A stretch of DNA of 64,000 bases, from assembly GCF_018350175.1 (NCBI RefSeq), contig NC_058368.1, forward strand, positions 49,973,815-50,037,814, written 5' to 3'. Both the position numbers and the translations under genes were made by a program. Positions 38,779 through 51,707 of the stretch are shown one piece after another. This stretch comes from Felis catus (Eukaryota). Every line of letters starts with the position of its first letter. Positions within the stretch are counted from its first letter, which is position 1. Below the pieces are notes generated by a model that saw only the letters and a list, made by a program, of their open reading frames with translations, searched no databases and was not told where the DNA came from.

Positions 38779-39344
38779 GTAACAACAAAACTTGTTGGCC
38801 ACGTTAAGTGTTATTAATGTTCTTGTTATCCTTAAAATACCTCTAAAGATCACTTGTATAACATTTTCTCTGTATTTGGGTGCTTCCATGTCTTTCTTTT
38901 TTGAGAAAATCCAAAAAGAAAACTCTGAATTCGTGTTAAAAATCTACAGCAAATGAAGAGGTTTTCAGAGCTCTTTGTGTGAACAAGTATCAAATTTGAA
39001 AAAGAACAAGAACAGTATTGAAAGAGGTGCACATCCTATCCCGTATTTCACTGAATCAAAGATACCATCATTTGTGTCTTGATCCTCATTTAGAGATTTT
39101 TAAATTGATGAACAAATTGTGTGGCTGATAATCAACAAAATATGTATCTTATAGTTTTGTACTAAGCAAATTAGGCCACCAACCATTCACTCTTCTGGTA
39201 TGCTTAAAGTTATTTTGCATTGGGAAAAAAGAGGGCTGCAATATAAAATTAGTATGAATTAGGAAAATATGAAACACTTATTTATCATTTAGTAATAAAA
39301 TGCATGTTTATAAACTGAAAAATTACCCGTTTTTGTCCCTATAG

Positions 39345-39428
39345 GATGCCATAGAAGTTTGCAAGAAGTTTATGGAACGTGACCCTGATGAATTGAGGTT
39401 CAATGCAATTGCTCTATCTGCAGCATAG
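39345..39428 (+). CDS. UCHL3: UCHL3 last coding exon 9 (DAIEVCKKFMERDPDELRFNAIALSAA*)
   Basis: ttttgtccctatag acceptor; TAG stop at 39426-39428; matches the UCH-L3 C-terminus. Confidence 0.98.
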   Translation, partial: DAIEVCKKFMERDPDELRFNAIALSAA

Positions 39429-39534
39429 CTTGTCAGTAATGGAAACACCAAATACTGTATTATTTGCAACAAAAATTAAGTTTCTGCTGCCATACACTAA
39501 CTGAGAAATTTTGATATTTTCATTAACTTGACTG

Positions 39535-39556
39535 ATTAAACTTTATGTGAATTAAA
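39535..39556 (+). terminator. UCHL3: UCHL3 polyadenylation signals (two ATTAAA at 39535 and 39551)
   Basis: ATTAAA hexamers about 110-130 nt after the stop, followed by T/GT-rich sequence; no AATAAA nearer the stop. Confidence 0.7.
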
Positions 39557-39762
39557 CTTTGACTTAATCTGCGTTTTATTTTTGCCCCACATTACAGCTG
39601 CAGTTCTTTTCTTACCTTTCTTTCTTGTGAAAGACTTACCTTGTTTGCGGACTGGCAATAGCTTTCTTATTCTCTTTTTAATTTCGTGGGAGATTTTGTA
39701 CGGGGACACAGGCACAATTTCCATCTGCGTAGTATGAATATATGTTGTATCATAAATTTTGA

Positions 39763-40490
39763 CATTTATTTAACGACCATTTGTTGCACATCTACTTAGA
39801 ATGAGCTGGACAGTGTTCTAGGTGCAGAAGTTACAGCAGTGAACACCATCCACAGGTTCCACAGTCATGGGGCTTATGCTCTTGTGAGAAGAGACAAATA
39901 ACAAACACATCAATAAGAAATATACCAACGATAGGTACTATGCACACAAAGTCGAATTTGTTTTAGAAGATGACTGAGTGGGGACTTTAGATTTTGTAGT
40001 CAGGGAAGGCTCCCATGAGGAAGTAACTTTGAAGTTGAGATCGGAACAGCAGAAAAATAGCCAGTCAGAGAAAGGTGAATAATTAATGCAGAGTCCCTGA
40101 AGTAGGAAAATCTCACTGTGTTGTAGGGCCAGAAAGAAGGTCCATATGGCCAATGACCAGAGCATAGAAAGTAATGGGGAAATTAGCAAGAGCTGAGGTT
40201 AGAGAAGGAGGGGCTTAGTGATACAGGACAACAGAAAAAGGCGTTTGGATTTATTGCAAATGTGACGGTAAGCCTTGGAAGATTTTAAGCAGGAGAATGA
40301 CCAGATTTGATTTATAATTTTTGAAGATCACTCTGAGTCCTCTGTGAATAATATATTGGGGGGGCTAAGAATGGAGGTAGAGAGGTTTGTGAGGAGATCA
40401 CTGCAATTAGTTCGGTGACGGTGGTGGCTCGGTCTTAAAAAGAAGTAGTAATTTAGATAGAGGTATGTGTGTGAATTTGATGTGTGTTTT
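39763..40490 (-). mobile_element. L2 3' region
   Basis: catttattta...agtgttctaggtgc...cagcagtgaaca...tcagggaaggc...gattttaagcaggaga...gatcactctg. Confidence 0.8.
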
Positions 40491-40889
40491 GAAGAAGGAA
40501 GGGCTTCAGCTGAGTCCTCAAGGATAGGTGAAAGGCGGAGGAAAGGTGGAAGGGTATTTATAAACCTGGGTCAAAACACAGGGTTGGTGTGATGGCAATG
40601 TCCCATATCTTTGGGGGAGGGCATTGGTTACACAGGTGTATGCAATGATCAAATCTGTACTTCACTGCGTATACATTTTACCTCAGGGGAAAAAGATGCA
40701 GAGGTGGGTTGGAATGAGCATAGCAGTTAGGAGAAAGACCACATTGGTCTTGAATGAAGTTCTGGACCAATAACTGATTGCCAGTGTGTACACGCGATCC
40801 ACAGAGTTCACCTAGATTCCTGAGGCAGTGACGAGATCAGTATTTTAGGAAGAGTAATGGGGCAATGGCTTACAGAATGGGTTAGATCT

Positions 40890-41041
40890 ATGTTATCCAA
40901 AGTGTGGTTGTATCAGTATTACCTGAGAGCTTGTTAAAAAAGAAGAATTTCAGACCCCAGTCTAGACCTACCAAATCAGAACTTACATTTCCACAAGATC
41001 TCTGGGTAATTCAGTTGCATATTAAGTTTGGGAAACGCTGG
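40890..41041. mobile_element. MER5-like DNA transposon
   Basis: caaagtgtggt...acctgagagcttgtta...agaccta..aaatcagaa...caagatc..ctgggt.att...aagtttgggaaac.ctg. Confidence 0.75.
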
Positions 41042-42643
41042 ATTAGAAAAGATAGACTATAATGAGGAGAGTCACTTTGGAAAAATCTTAAGTTCTTTTT
41101 GTGGTGAAGAGGGCCTGAATGAAGTGATGGCAATAGGGCTGAAGAAATAATCTGAAACAACTGAGAGTGTTAGCAGATGGTGCCTCTGTCCTGCCAATAA
41201 CAACCAACCAAGTGTCTCTTTTTTTTACATCAGTTGCATTTTGTACTCACGTCTATCTTGTATATTATCTTAGAATTTTAAGTATTCCTCAATAGTTTTC
41301 GCTGAATTTCTCCTAACATAGAATTTATTACTAAAATTTTACATCATTTCTCAAAGATTGCTGTGAGGAGTACTAATTTTTCAGACACTTAATATGCAAG
41401 AAGGGTTTGAAGTCAAGTATCGTGAAAATATCGGCTTAAAGTTTTGGTTTTTTTTTAATTACAGTTATATGGGCGGGGGCAACTGCAGAACTCAGAGCTT
41501 TTTAAAAAATAATCTGTATTATGGATGTCATTTTATAGACATTTTATGGAGCAACATTTTAGGGCTGGCATTCTTTTGCACACACATTAGGATGCTGGTC
41601 CCTTGTGAAACTCTTTTCTCTTAGGTTTATGCCTAGAATTTCAGTCCTACTGTATTAACTACAATACGTGGGTCACTTTCTTAAAATTTAGCACTTGGAG
41701 AAGAAATTGATGGTTAATTTTGTGTAGAAACTTCCAGAGAGACACACTAAGGGTGGTCGAGTCATGGGTCACTTCTGGAAATTGTTGTTAATGATTGATA
41801 TACAAGTGGAACTGAATAGAACTAACACCTTAAATGTTTTTTGCTTGGACTTTCGGGAATTGACGAAACATCACCTTTCAGTGGTTGTAATGGTTTGCTT
41901 TCAAGTACTGAAATGGTTTATGATATCCATATTTAACCTCTAATATTCTCCATGTTCATTTGTGACTAAAATAGGGATTTTCTGTATTCCGTGGTGAATC
42001 CATTTTAATATGTCTTAAGTGAAAACTATCTTTAATACTGTATAAAAATTGTTTACGCCTGATTTAAATTTAGTTCATTCCATCTTAGATTTGTGTACAG
42101 TTCTTATTAGGTAAGCTTGGTATTGGGTTATGTATAACCTATAACTTGCTTGTTTCATTTTGAAAACAATATAAATTTTCAGCTATTGTCTGTGTACTAT
42201 AATATCTTTCAAAGTAGCATCTATAAGCTTATTCCTGTACTGGAGCTTGTAAAAGAAAACTGCTAAAATTAATATTTTCATCACTTAAAATTTTTTTCTA
42301 TTTATAGAAATTCATTTCTTTTAGAGAAAGCTTACATATATGTCTATATATATTTGTACCTATATATATTTTTATATATATGCATTATTTGAGAACTAAC
42401 AAATATATAGATATGTTTGTTCATGCATATATATGTGTAAACACATGCACACATGTTCACACATTCATACTTTGAATAGGCAAATAATGGGTCTAAATTC
42501 TCTGTGGATTATTTAAATCCTTGGCTGAAATTAAAGTAAAACCACTCTGAAAACTATATAATCATTGTAGAAGGTTTAGAGCTAATTTAAAGTACACATA
42601 TAAAGTTTAATAGTTAATGTCTTTATTAACATTCTCTGGTAAT

Positions 42644-42857
42644 GGGGCGCCTGGGTGGCTCAGTTGGTTAAGCATCGAACTTTGGCTCAGGTCATGATCT
42701 CAGGGTTTGTGGGTTTGAGCCCCGCATTGGGCTCTGTGCTGATGGCTCAGAGCCTGGACCCTGCTTTGGATTCTTTGTCTCCCTCTCTGCTCCTCCCCCA
42801 CTCACACTGTGTCTCTCTCAAAAATAAATAAACGTTAGAAAAAAATTTAAAAAAAAT
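42644..42857 (+). mobile_element. Felid SINE
   Basis: ggggcgcctgggtggctcag head; TSD attctctggtaa. Confidence 0.95.
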
Positions 42858-43849
42858 TCTCTGGTAAGATCTTAAAACGAGGTTCCTTGTGCTGTCAACA
42901 AAATTAATACTAAAATCCAAGTGTGGAATATATTGAGTTTTCAGGTAGCCGAAAGTAAGTTTCGTCATTTCTTTTGATTTCAAAATATGGCCTGCAGAAA
43001 CTATTGTGATGTAGAAGATCCAGTGTCATGAAGAACATTTGTCTAAGTGCTAGTGGCACTAGCTGATCAGACAAATCCCCATGCCTGGTTTCCTGTATAT
43101 TTTTACTTGTTTTGCTTTTGAATAAAAGTTATTCTAAATCTTTCTCTTGATTTCTTTGTTTAGGATAGTGGTTCTGAACCTGTCTGTTCCTTCCACCTAC
43201 TTGATAGGTGAGAGTCCCCAGTATGACATTTCCATAGTCCACACCTAGGTGATACATGGGAAGTTATGTAGACAATAAAGGCCATATATTGTGAGCATTA
43301 CCTTATTGTGTAACTGTTGGAGTGATGGGAATCCGTGGTTTAGGGCATTAAGTGGACATAACCTATACTAAAAGCTATTTTGCAAAATCAATTATTTAAA
43401 TGGCTTGGAAAAAGATAACAAAGCCTTCCTACTCTATAAGACAGCTATGAATATAAACTGAATTATTTAGAATAAAAATCCATGTGGTCAAGAATAAATC
43501 CCAAAGAATGTGAATGACATATTTTAGTGTCAAAATGTGTCATTCAAAATGTGTCCTTTATCAACATGTAAACATAGTTGGTATTTATTATTTATTTTAC
43601 AAAGTCATCCATTTATTTGCTCTGCCACCCTATTATAACTACAGTTAGTAATATGTCACCCTTTTATTATATGCTTGGTGTGTTATTACATCCATGATCC
43701 TACCCACTCATACACTTTCATATCCTGCTTTATTATTTATAGACTTCCTTATGTTTTCCATTCTATTCATTACTAATTTTCAATGAGTACACAATGTACC
43801 ATTCATTGGATACCATGGCTATATATGTTTATTGACTATTTCCCTATAC

Positions 43850-44048
43850 CGGGGGTTGGCAAACTTGGCTCTGCATTTGTAAATAAAGTTTTATTGGAAC
43901 ACAGCCAGGCCCATTTACTTACATATTGTCTATGGTTATTTTTGTACTACAGACACCACATTTGAGAAGTTTTAAGAGAGACTATATGGCTTGCAAAGCC
44001 TAAAATATTTCCTTTCTGGCCATTTACAGAAAAAGTTTGCTGACCCCT
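43850..44048. mobile_element. MER58-like hAT-Charlie MITE
   Basis: Termini ggggttggcaaact...aagtttgctgacccct; tttgtaaataaagttttattggaacacagcc core. Confidence 0.85.
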
Positions 44049-45448
44049 CCCTTAAACTTTTAAGTGGTTTATAATTAGGGCCATTACAACTAATACCACT
44101 TAGGATATCTTTGTGCATATAATTTTGTATACTCTAGGCACCATAATTGGGAGGTATTAACAAAAGTGGAATAACTGGGTCTACTTAACAAAGATGTTTC
44201 TAAGGCTGACACTGTCCTCACCATCTCTCTAATATTCTTGCCAGGATACAATAAGGGCAGTGGTAAGAATAGAAAGCAAGGCCCCATGCTCTTATAGGCG
44301 GCACTATTAATCTACACGTGTATGTACTTTTACAGTCAGAATGAGCATATTTTTACTTTTGATTTAAAGTTAACAGTAATTGCCACAAAAACCAACTGAA
44401 AGAAAACTTTTACTTTCTATTGGGGATTTCAATAAGTTATGTTCAATAGGGTATCCTTTTAGAGCTACAGGATACACTGTCCTGCACATGTTTTGGGAGG
44501 ACAAGATGGAAACAAACTGCTTGAGGCCGTATTTGTATCCTAAACATGAAAGACTTGAAACACATGCAAAAGTTGCAAATTAGACTATATTTAAAAGTGT
44601 CCTAAAACCTGTCTGTGAAAAAGTTGCATTGCCTACAGAGAGTTTAACTACCTGTAGTAGAAGATGACGGTATGACAAAAGTTTACATTTCTATTTTCCT
44701 TTAGGGCTAAGCAGTAGTAAGAAGTTATTTTTTCTTTATTCTTCCTGGAATACAAAGTCTTTGGAACCAGAAGTTCCTCCTGTCCTTCATCACCGCTAAA
44801 GAACTACACGCATTTGATAATAGCATGGACAGTTAATGGGGATGTGACATTGTTCACTGTTCACGACCAAAGTGTGATATTTCATGGTCTGAGTATAATT
44901 TAAAAGATGCATTCTTCTAAAAAATTGATTTATTTTAGAAACAAAATACAAGTCCTGAAATATTTCTTCATTTTAATGTTGTAAATATAATTGCTCTTAT
45001 AGCCACAGTCCAGTATGGCTTGATAATCTAGTACGTATGAAGGATTCAAGATAACAGCATAATTGTACTTACTGATTTTATTTTTAAGAACTTTAGAAAA
45101 TATTGCTTGTGGGCAACATAAAGACAGAAGGAATATTTAAAAACTGTTTTAGTTTTTACCTTGTTGTCCATTTTCAGGAGACAGGAGCATGGATCTCAGT
45201 TGCTAAAAATATTCCAGGGAAGACTTAGTTTTTCAGGGCTAGTAGCCAACTATTTCCAACTAGTTCAGTTGGTTTCCTGACTGTGCATGAAATGCCTAGA
45301 GAAAGTTTCATCTTTAGCTAAATTAATAAAACATAGGGTAGACATGCTTAGGCCAATTTATTCATATCCCTCTGATATTACTTGTATAGTTGATAGCTAC
45401 AGAGTTCAGTGATTTGTTGAGCAACTAAGCTGGTTTTCAAATGGGATC

Positions 45449-45773
45449 TAGTTGTTCTCAAACTTTTCAGTCTCGGGAGCCCCATTACATTCGTAAAAAT
45501 TATTGAGGAGCCCAGAGAGAGATTTTATAGCGATGACATCTGTTGATCTACAAATATTAGACATTAAAACACTTTCACAATATTTATTCATTTTAAAATT
45601 AAAAATAACCCCATAATGTTAGCATAAAAAATTTTTATGAAAATAACTATTTTGGGGGTGCCTGGGTGGCTCTCTCGGTTAAATATTCGACTTCAGCTCA
45701 GGTCATGATGTCAGGGTTCATGGGTTTGAGCCCCACATCGGGCTTCACACTGGTGGAGTGCAGCCTGCTTGGG

Positions 45774-45811
<38 letters not shown>

Positions 45812-45950
45812 CTTCTCCCACACTCTCTCTCAAAATAAAAACACTTAAAAAATAACTATTTTCCTTAAAAAGGTAGGGAGAAGAGTAGCAGTATTTTACA
45901 TTTTTCCAAAATCTCTTCAACCTCTGACTTATGGAAGACAGTTGAATCCT
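45449..45950. mobile_element. Charlie1-like hAT DNA transposon end interrupted by a SINE
   Basis: gttctcaaactttt..gtctc.gga.cccc..tacat...taaaaattattgagga.ccca terminal motif. Confidence 0.65.
45654..45851 (+). mobile_element. Felid SINE
   Basis: SINE head, (CT)n; TSD aaaataactatttt. Confidence 0.93.
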
Positions 45951-46392
45951 CTTACCTGATAATGAACGAAAAGTGGAATTGGCAATTTAGAGAGTCAGTT
46001 GGTTATCGATGTCAAAGCAATTTCAGAGACAGTCATTTGAGGACAAGAACTGTGTCTCTTGCACAACCAGTTTATCCTCAGAGTCTGGTACAGTGTTTGG
46101 CATAGAGTAGAGGGCCAGATGATGTTCGGTGGGTGATTATGCTGCAGCAGGTTGAGACGTGAACAAGAGGCAAGATGTAGATTCGGGGAGTACAGACAGC
46201 TCCTTCAAGGCACTTGGTTGAGAAAAGAGAAATGACGCGGGATGCACGGAGACAGCAGAGGACTTTTAAAGGAGTATTTCTGTGTGAGGGTAAACAAGAC
46301 AAAAAACAGCAGAGAGAAATTGAAAACACAGGTAAGAAAGGGGATGATTGAGGATCTAAGGAGGTGGGAGATAAGAAAATGCATCATCTAGT

Positions 46393-46538
46393 AGAGCATT
46401 TCAAACTTTAGTGAACATACAAGGTGCCAGATCTTGTCAAAATGCAGATTCCAATTCAGCCATTAGGTGTAGGGCCTGAGATTATACGTTTCTAACAAGG
46501 ACCCAATCTGATGGTCTGAGGACCCACTTTGAGTAGGG
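46393..46538. mobile_element. MER5-like DNA transposon
   Basis: tttcaaacttta...cttgt.aaaatgcagattc...gggcctgaga...ttctaacaag...gacccactttgagtag. Confidence 0.75.
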
Positions 46539-47561
46539 AGATTCTAGAACTCAGTTGAAGAGGTAAACCACCTCTGTAGGATTAAACACCTCTTCTATTC
46601 AATTTGGAGATCCTGGCTGATGGAACTTTTTTAAAACAGAATTTCCCCCCCTAATGTCCAGTTGGTACTCTTTCTCACTAAATGGATATCTTGTGAGAAT
46701 TGCTTCACTAGAAAATTTCTAGCCTTGGTGGGTTAGAATCTCCGTATTCTCACAATGCTTGATTGATGACATGATACTGAGGTTATGGCATAAAATACAG
46801 TGGTTCTACAAAAAAAATTATCTAAATGTCATTGATTCAGGAACACAACTTAGACTTTTGTGTTAGACATGGTTTGATTCTTGGTTCTTCTGTCTCTGTG
46901 TGGTCTTGAGCAAATGAACACATTAGATAAATGACTGATGTGGGTCTTTTGTGAGAATTATAAATCTAGTACATAAAAGCCGGCGCTCAAAAATGATAGC
47001 TATTATTATCATAATCACCCCCAAGAGTGCAACAAGCTATACTGAACATAATTTTAAAGTTCGTTTCATGAATCATCAGACTCACCTAATTTTCTAAAGA
47101 ATTTAAATAAGATGGAATGAATAGATAACATTTCGTTTCCAGGCACAAGGGAACTGTGCATACTTCTTCTGTAACTCAGAAACGGTTTAACTTTAAAAAA
47201 AATCTCAAAATAGCTGAAGTTAGCAAACATGCAATTTAGCAAGGACGATTGGAATTTTGGTCTTTCCTGTAATAATACTATACCAGAGCATACTGCTCAT
47301 TAGGAAAACATTTTTATCTGAATCTTTTACTCTGGAGGGCCAAGAATGCTGTTTTTCTTTTTGACAGCTATGTTTACAGAATCTAAATCACCCTGAGTAA
47401 TTAATTCAACATTTCAAGTTAGTATTACTGTCCATGCTTCGTTTATAAGCTATTTGAATTTTGATGAATTCCAACATGGTGCTAGAATGACAAAACAAGG
47501 TCAGATAAGTTCAATATATATATGGTTGTGACAAAACCTATTTTAATTTTTATTACAACAG

Positions 47562-47727
47562 CTGTTAAGAAAATTCGGATATTCAATATTTCCACTTTTC
47601 ACAGTTGGACTTCTTATGCTGAGGACAGACCTCTGAGCACTGGAAATTTGGAGGCAACTGGTCAATGCCTACATCCGGCTACATGTGGGTTGGCTATAAC
47701 CCATGGAGGGAGTCAGCATCATGGAAG
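47562..47727 (+). pseudogene. LMO7: Decayed homolog of the upstream LMO7 5' exon (human MKKIRICHIF... isoform); probably an alternative 5' exon that is mostly non-coding here
   Basis: Frame A gives KKIRIFNISTFHSWTSY and frame B gives ALEIWRQLVNAYIRLHVGWL*, both resembling the human isoform N-terminus as I recall it; GTT in place of ATG, a frameshift, TGA/TAA stops; donor AG|gtaata at 47728. Confidence 0.7.
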
Positions 47728-49311
47728 GTAATAGTTCTTTGACTCCTTCTATATTGTTGCTTTGAAAGCTCGAAGGTGTGTCTCCATTTGGCTTTCTTCC
47801 AGAACACGTGCAGATGGAAAAAAGGAAGTCAGAAGGAGGTTAGGAAGTAAATACTACAATTGAGATAAAGTTGTCCATTTTGCAGACTATCCCCAGGCAT
47901 ATTCAATCTGAAATTTCATTGTCAGTAGCAAGAATACTGCAAATATTTAGCCCCCTCCTAAAAATTTTATACAATCATTATTGATCTCTTGCACTGGCAG
48001 AGTATGTCTGGGTGGTGGAGGATATTAAGGTAGCATAAAGCATGTTGTAGTTTGTAAGGTGCTATCCCATACAAGGTGTTAAGGGCATGCAGAAATGTCA
48101 ACCAAGCTACTCAAAGCCAGTTTTAGTTTAGATTTGTGGGCCCAGTGTTATTAAGATCCTTCTGGACTTAGCTTTGAAAAGTTTTTCTCCTTTTTCTAAA
48201 TCTGGTAATTGTCTGTAACTACTACCTTCGTAATTGATGCTCCCACTCTAGCCATGCTTTTAAGAGTTTTAAGAATTATAAGCCCAAAGACTCCTTTCAA
48301 AAGAACCAAACTAGAAATGGATACTTAAGGCAGGTGACATGTTGATTTATGGTCACGGTCCTAACCTGACATTAGATCTATTCAACTGATAGGACAATAA
48401 ACATAGACACTACTAATGTCTGATTCTGAAAAATCTAGTTATGTGGGAGAAGAGTTTATTTTCTCTTCATGGTTTTAGTTGGATATGTCAATTAAAAACA
48501 GGTCAAAAACAAATCCTGCTCTTTTGGTTTAGTATACAATAAATTTTTCCCTGGCCACGAGGGCTTAATGAACAAAGCACCTCTTTGGCAAATAATTTTT
48601 CTGGCATGAAATAGTACTGTAAATTTATTTTGTTGTACAGATTAAAACAAAAGATTAATTTTACATTGCCAATATATCTTGCAAAGAATTTTTCCTGTCT
48701 ACAACAAACAGCCCTCTATATTATACACAGCAAAGTTTTAGGCCTTTCTCCCCATATTCTTCTATTTATCTAGATCGTGCCTGGAGGCCTATCTCTGCAA
48801 GAATAAAATACAGTCCATTATAATACTTCCTAAAGTAACAAAGCCATATGGCCCTAATCACTACATCTCATTATTCAAAGAACCAGCAGAAGAAGATATA
48901 TGTGTGTGTAATCTGTGGAGGAGTGTGCATGTGTGTGTATACATGTGTGTGTAGCCTTGATCCATATCAAAGTCTAATTTATTGTCTCGGTAAGCAGAAA
49001 TGGAGTAGATAATTGTCTTCTTTCTCTGTCCTGAGAAAGCCCCAATGTCATGTTTTTGTTTTTATTTTTTAATTGAGTTATATAGGATTGAAATAGTTTG
49101 GCCTGACTGGTCTATTTCTGTCCACAGCAACCAGAGAAATTTATCATAGACTCATGGATGGAGCATTCCTCCAGGGGACTTGGGTGATTTATCTCAGAGG
49201 CCACTTGCTTTCATTGCTGATTCTCAGGAGCATTCTAAACTGAGGTCCACCTTCAAGGGAACTCCTTTACCTCATTTCGTATGGAAGCTGCTGCTCCTCC
49301 TGCTTCTTCTT

Positions 49312-49332
49312 CTTTTTTTAATGTTTGTTTGT

Positions 49333-49367
<35 letters not shown>

Positions 49368-49523
49368 TTTGAGAGAGAGAGACAGAGACAGAGAATCCCA
49401 AACAGGCCCCACAGCTGTCAGTGCAGAGCCCAATGTGGGGCTCATACTCACAAACAGTGAGATCATGACCTGAGCTGAAAGCAAGAGTCAGATGCTTAAC
49501 CAACTGAGCCACTCAGGTGCCCC
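49312..49523 (-). mobile_element. Felid SINE with (TTTA)n tail
   Basis: SINE body; TSD tatggaagct. Confidence 0.92.
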
Positions 49524-49844
49524 ACTCTATGGAAGCTTCTGATGGAGCTGAGTGCAAGACTGGCCTCTTCTGTGACTATTTCTAATCCTTGAGGGAGCAT
49601 CAGACCTGTGTCAGCACAGACAGATTTCATGGCCATACTGGAACTCTGAAGAACAGTCAAAGGCTTCTTTTCATTGCTGTTTGTAGTTTCTTTACATCGC
49701 ATGAAAGTAAGAGTGAGCTTTGTTAGAAATCTGTCATCTTACGACTGAGGCCTGACTAAGTACTAGTGGTAAGCCTAGGAGCCCAACTTGGGTCTCGTTT
49801 CCCAAGCCAGTTTATTTTGTGGTTTTTGAATCCTTTCCTTTCCT

Positions 49845-50054
49845 TTTTTTTTTTTTTAAGTTTATTTATTTTTGAGAGAGAGAGAGAGAGACCGCGCACA
49901 AGGGGGGCAGGGGCAGAGAGAGAAGGAGACAAAGAATCCCAAGCAGGCTCCTTGCTGTCAGCACAGAGCCCAACACAGGGCTCCAACTCACAAACTGGCA
50001 GATCATGACCTGAGCCAAAGTCCAGAGTCAGACGCTTAAGCCACTCAGCTCCCC
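49845..50054 (-). mobile_element. Felid SINE
   Basis: Poly-T, (GA)n, SINE body; TSD aatcctttc. Confidence 0.92.
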
Positions 50055-50330
50055 AAATCCTTTCGTTTTTGCAGCTAATATATTATCAATACCCAGCCAG
50101 TTCTCATACAATAGGGAGAATGAAAGGGTTATTAAAAAATTCTTTCCTATAATTATATAAAATTAAGTTTCCTATAACAGATGAGCTGTTTCTTCTGTGG
50201 GTTCAATATCAAAATGTAAACAATGGTTATTACAATTCTAAAGTATTAATAATATAGTAAACACCATGCTTAATTTTTTCCCTCTGGCTTTTTAGCAGAA
50301 CAATTTGAACAGGTAGTATGGCTGTTGCTC

Positions 50331-50537
50331 TTTTTTAGTTAATTTTTTCAATGTTTATTTTTGAGAGACAGAGCGTGAGCAGGGGATGGTCAGAGAGAGG
50401 GAGACACAGAATCAGAGTCAGGCTCCAGGCTCTGAGCTTTCAGCACAGAGCTCTATGTGGGCTCGAACTCACAGACTGCGAGATCATGACCTGAGCCAAA
50501 GTCTGATGCTCAACCAACAGAGCCACCCAGGCACCCC
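50331..50537 (-). mobile_element. Felid SINE
   Basis: SINE body; TSD ctcttttttt.agt. Confidence 0.92.
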
Positions 50538-51404
50538 TCTTTTTTTAGTAAACTTAATGAGAGGCCAGGAAAATCTTTTCTACCAAAACATAAAAACACA
50601 AAGAAAAAAATAAATGTATTTTAAGGAAATCTGGACTTCACAATTTTTATCTGATGCTAGTTATTAAAGATATCCTTTTAAGGAAAATACAGTTTATTTT
50701 ACTCATCTTACTGGGCTTCCAGAAGAGAAGTGTAGTAAACACACATTCTCTCCTTTCCCAGAAGCCCCAATAGTTTATTTTAAAGCTAATTCTAGGGTAA
50801 GTTCTTTTGATCTCGCTGCTATCACTCAGAGAATTATAGTGTGGTTTTGCAATTCTGCCTAGAATGAGGATGCAGGACCTTAACAACAACAAGAAGTCCT
50901 AGATTTTATGTTAAATGATTTGAGTTCAATGATAGGAAACTGTTCTACATGTTAAAACAAACAAACCAAAAACCCCCAACAACTCTCCCCCCCCCCCGCC
51001 CCAAACTTCAAGCCCTTAAGATCTTTACAGTAGGAAGAAATAATCAACTGTTCTTCATGTTATGGGCTTGGTCGCATGGACCAAAGTTACCATCTGCATC
51101 GACCTCTTGATGAGAGGTCTGTGAACACAGGGGAATATTGATAAGGACCAAGGGCTTCTCATCTGTCTCTTCTCAGTTAACCATCCAGCAGATTCAGAAG
51201 ACAAGTGTAGGACCCTTGCCTTCATCCATTGGGCAGAGCCCTCATCTCATCCTAAGGCTGCACTGAAAGCCTTCTCAAGGTTTGTCTACATTTTAGGGGG
51301 AATGATCATATATGGGTTTACCTTGATTGTCCCCTTCTGGCTCCTGGCACATCTCTATCTCCACCCTGCCTCCCCCCAACTTCCCCCCGCCCACCCCCAC
51401 CTTA

Positions 51405-51417
51405 TCTTTCTTTCTTT

Positions 51418-51473
<56 letters not shown>

Positions 51474-51495
51474 TTCTTTCTTTTTCTTTCTTTTT
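51405..51495. repeat. (CTTT)n tetranucleotide microsatellite in a SINE tail
   Basis: Directly visible. Confidence 0.95.
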
Positions 51496-51707
51496 TTTTA
51501 ATTTTTAAAAAATGTTCATTTATTTTTGAGATGGAGACAGAGCGCGAGTGGGGGAGGAGCAGAGAGAGAGTGAGACACAGAATCTGAAGCAGGCTCCAGG
51601 CTCTGAGCTGCCAACACAGCCGGATGCGGGGCTCAAACCCACGAACCGTTTGATCATGATCTGAGCCGAAGTCGGACGCTTAGCTGACTGAGCCACTCAG
51701 GCACCCC
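51487..51707 (-). mobile_element. Felid SINE
   Basis: SINE body. Confidence 0.92.

Noticed and set aside
47522..47731. 69-aa ORF as a standalone gene
   Set aside because: Its LMO7-like similarity switches frame midway, so it is better explained as a decayed or UTR exon.
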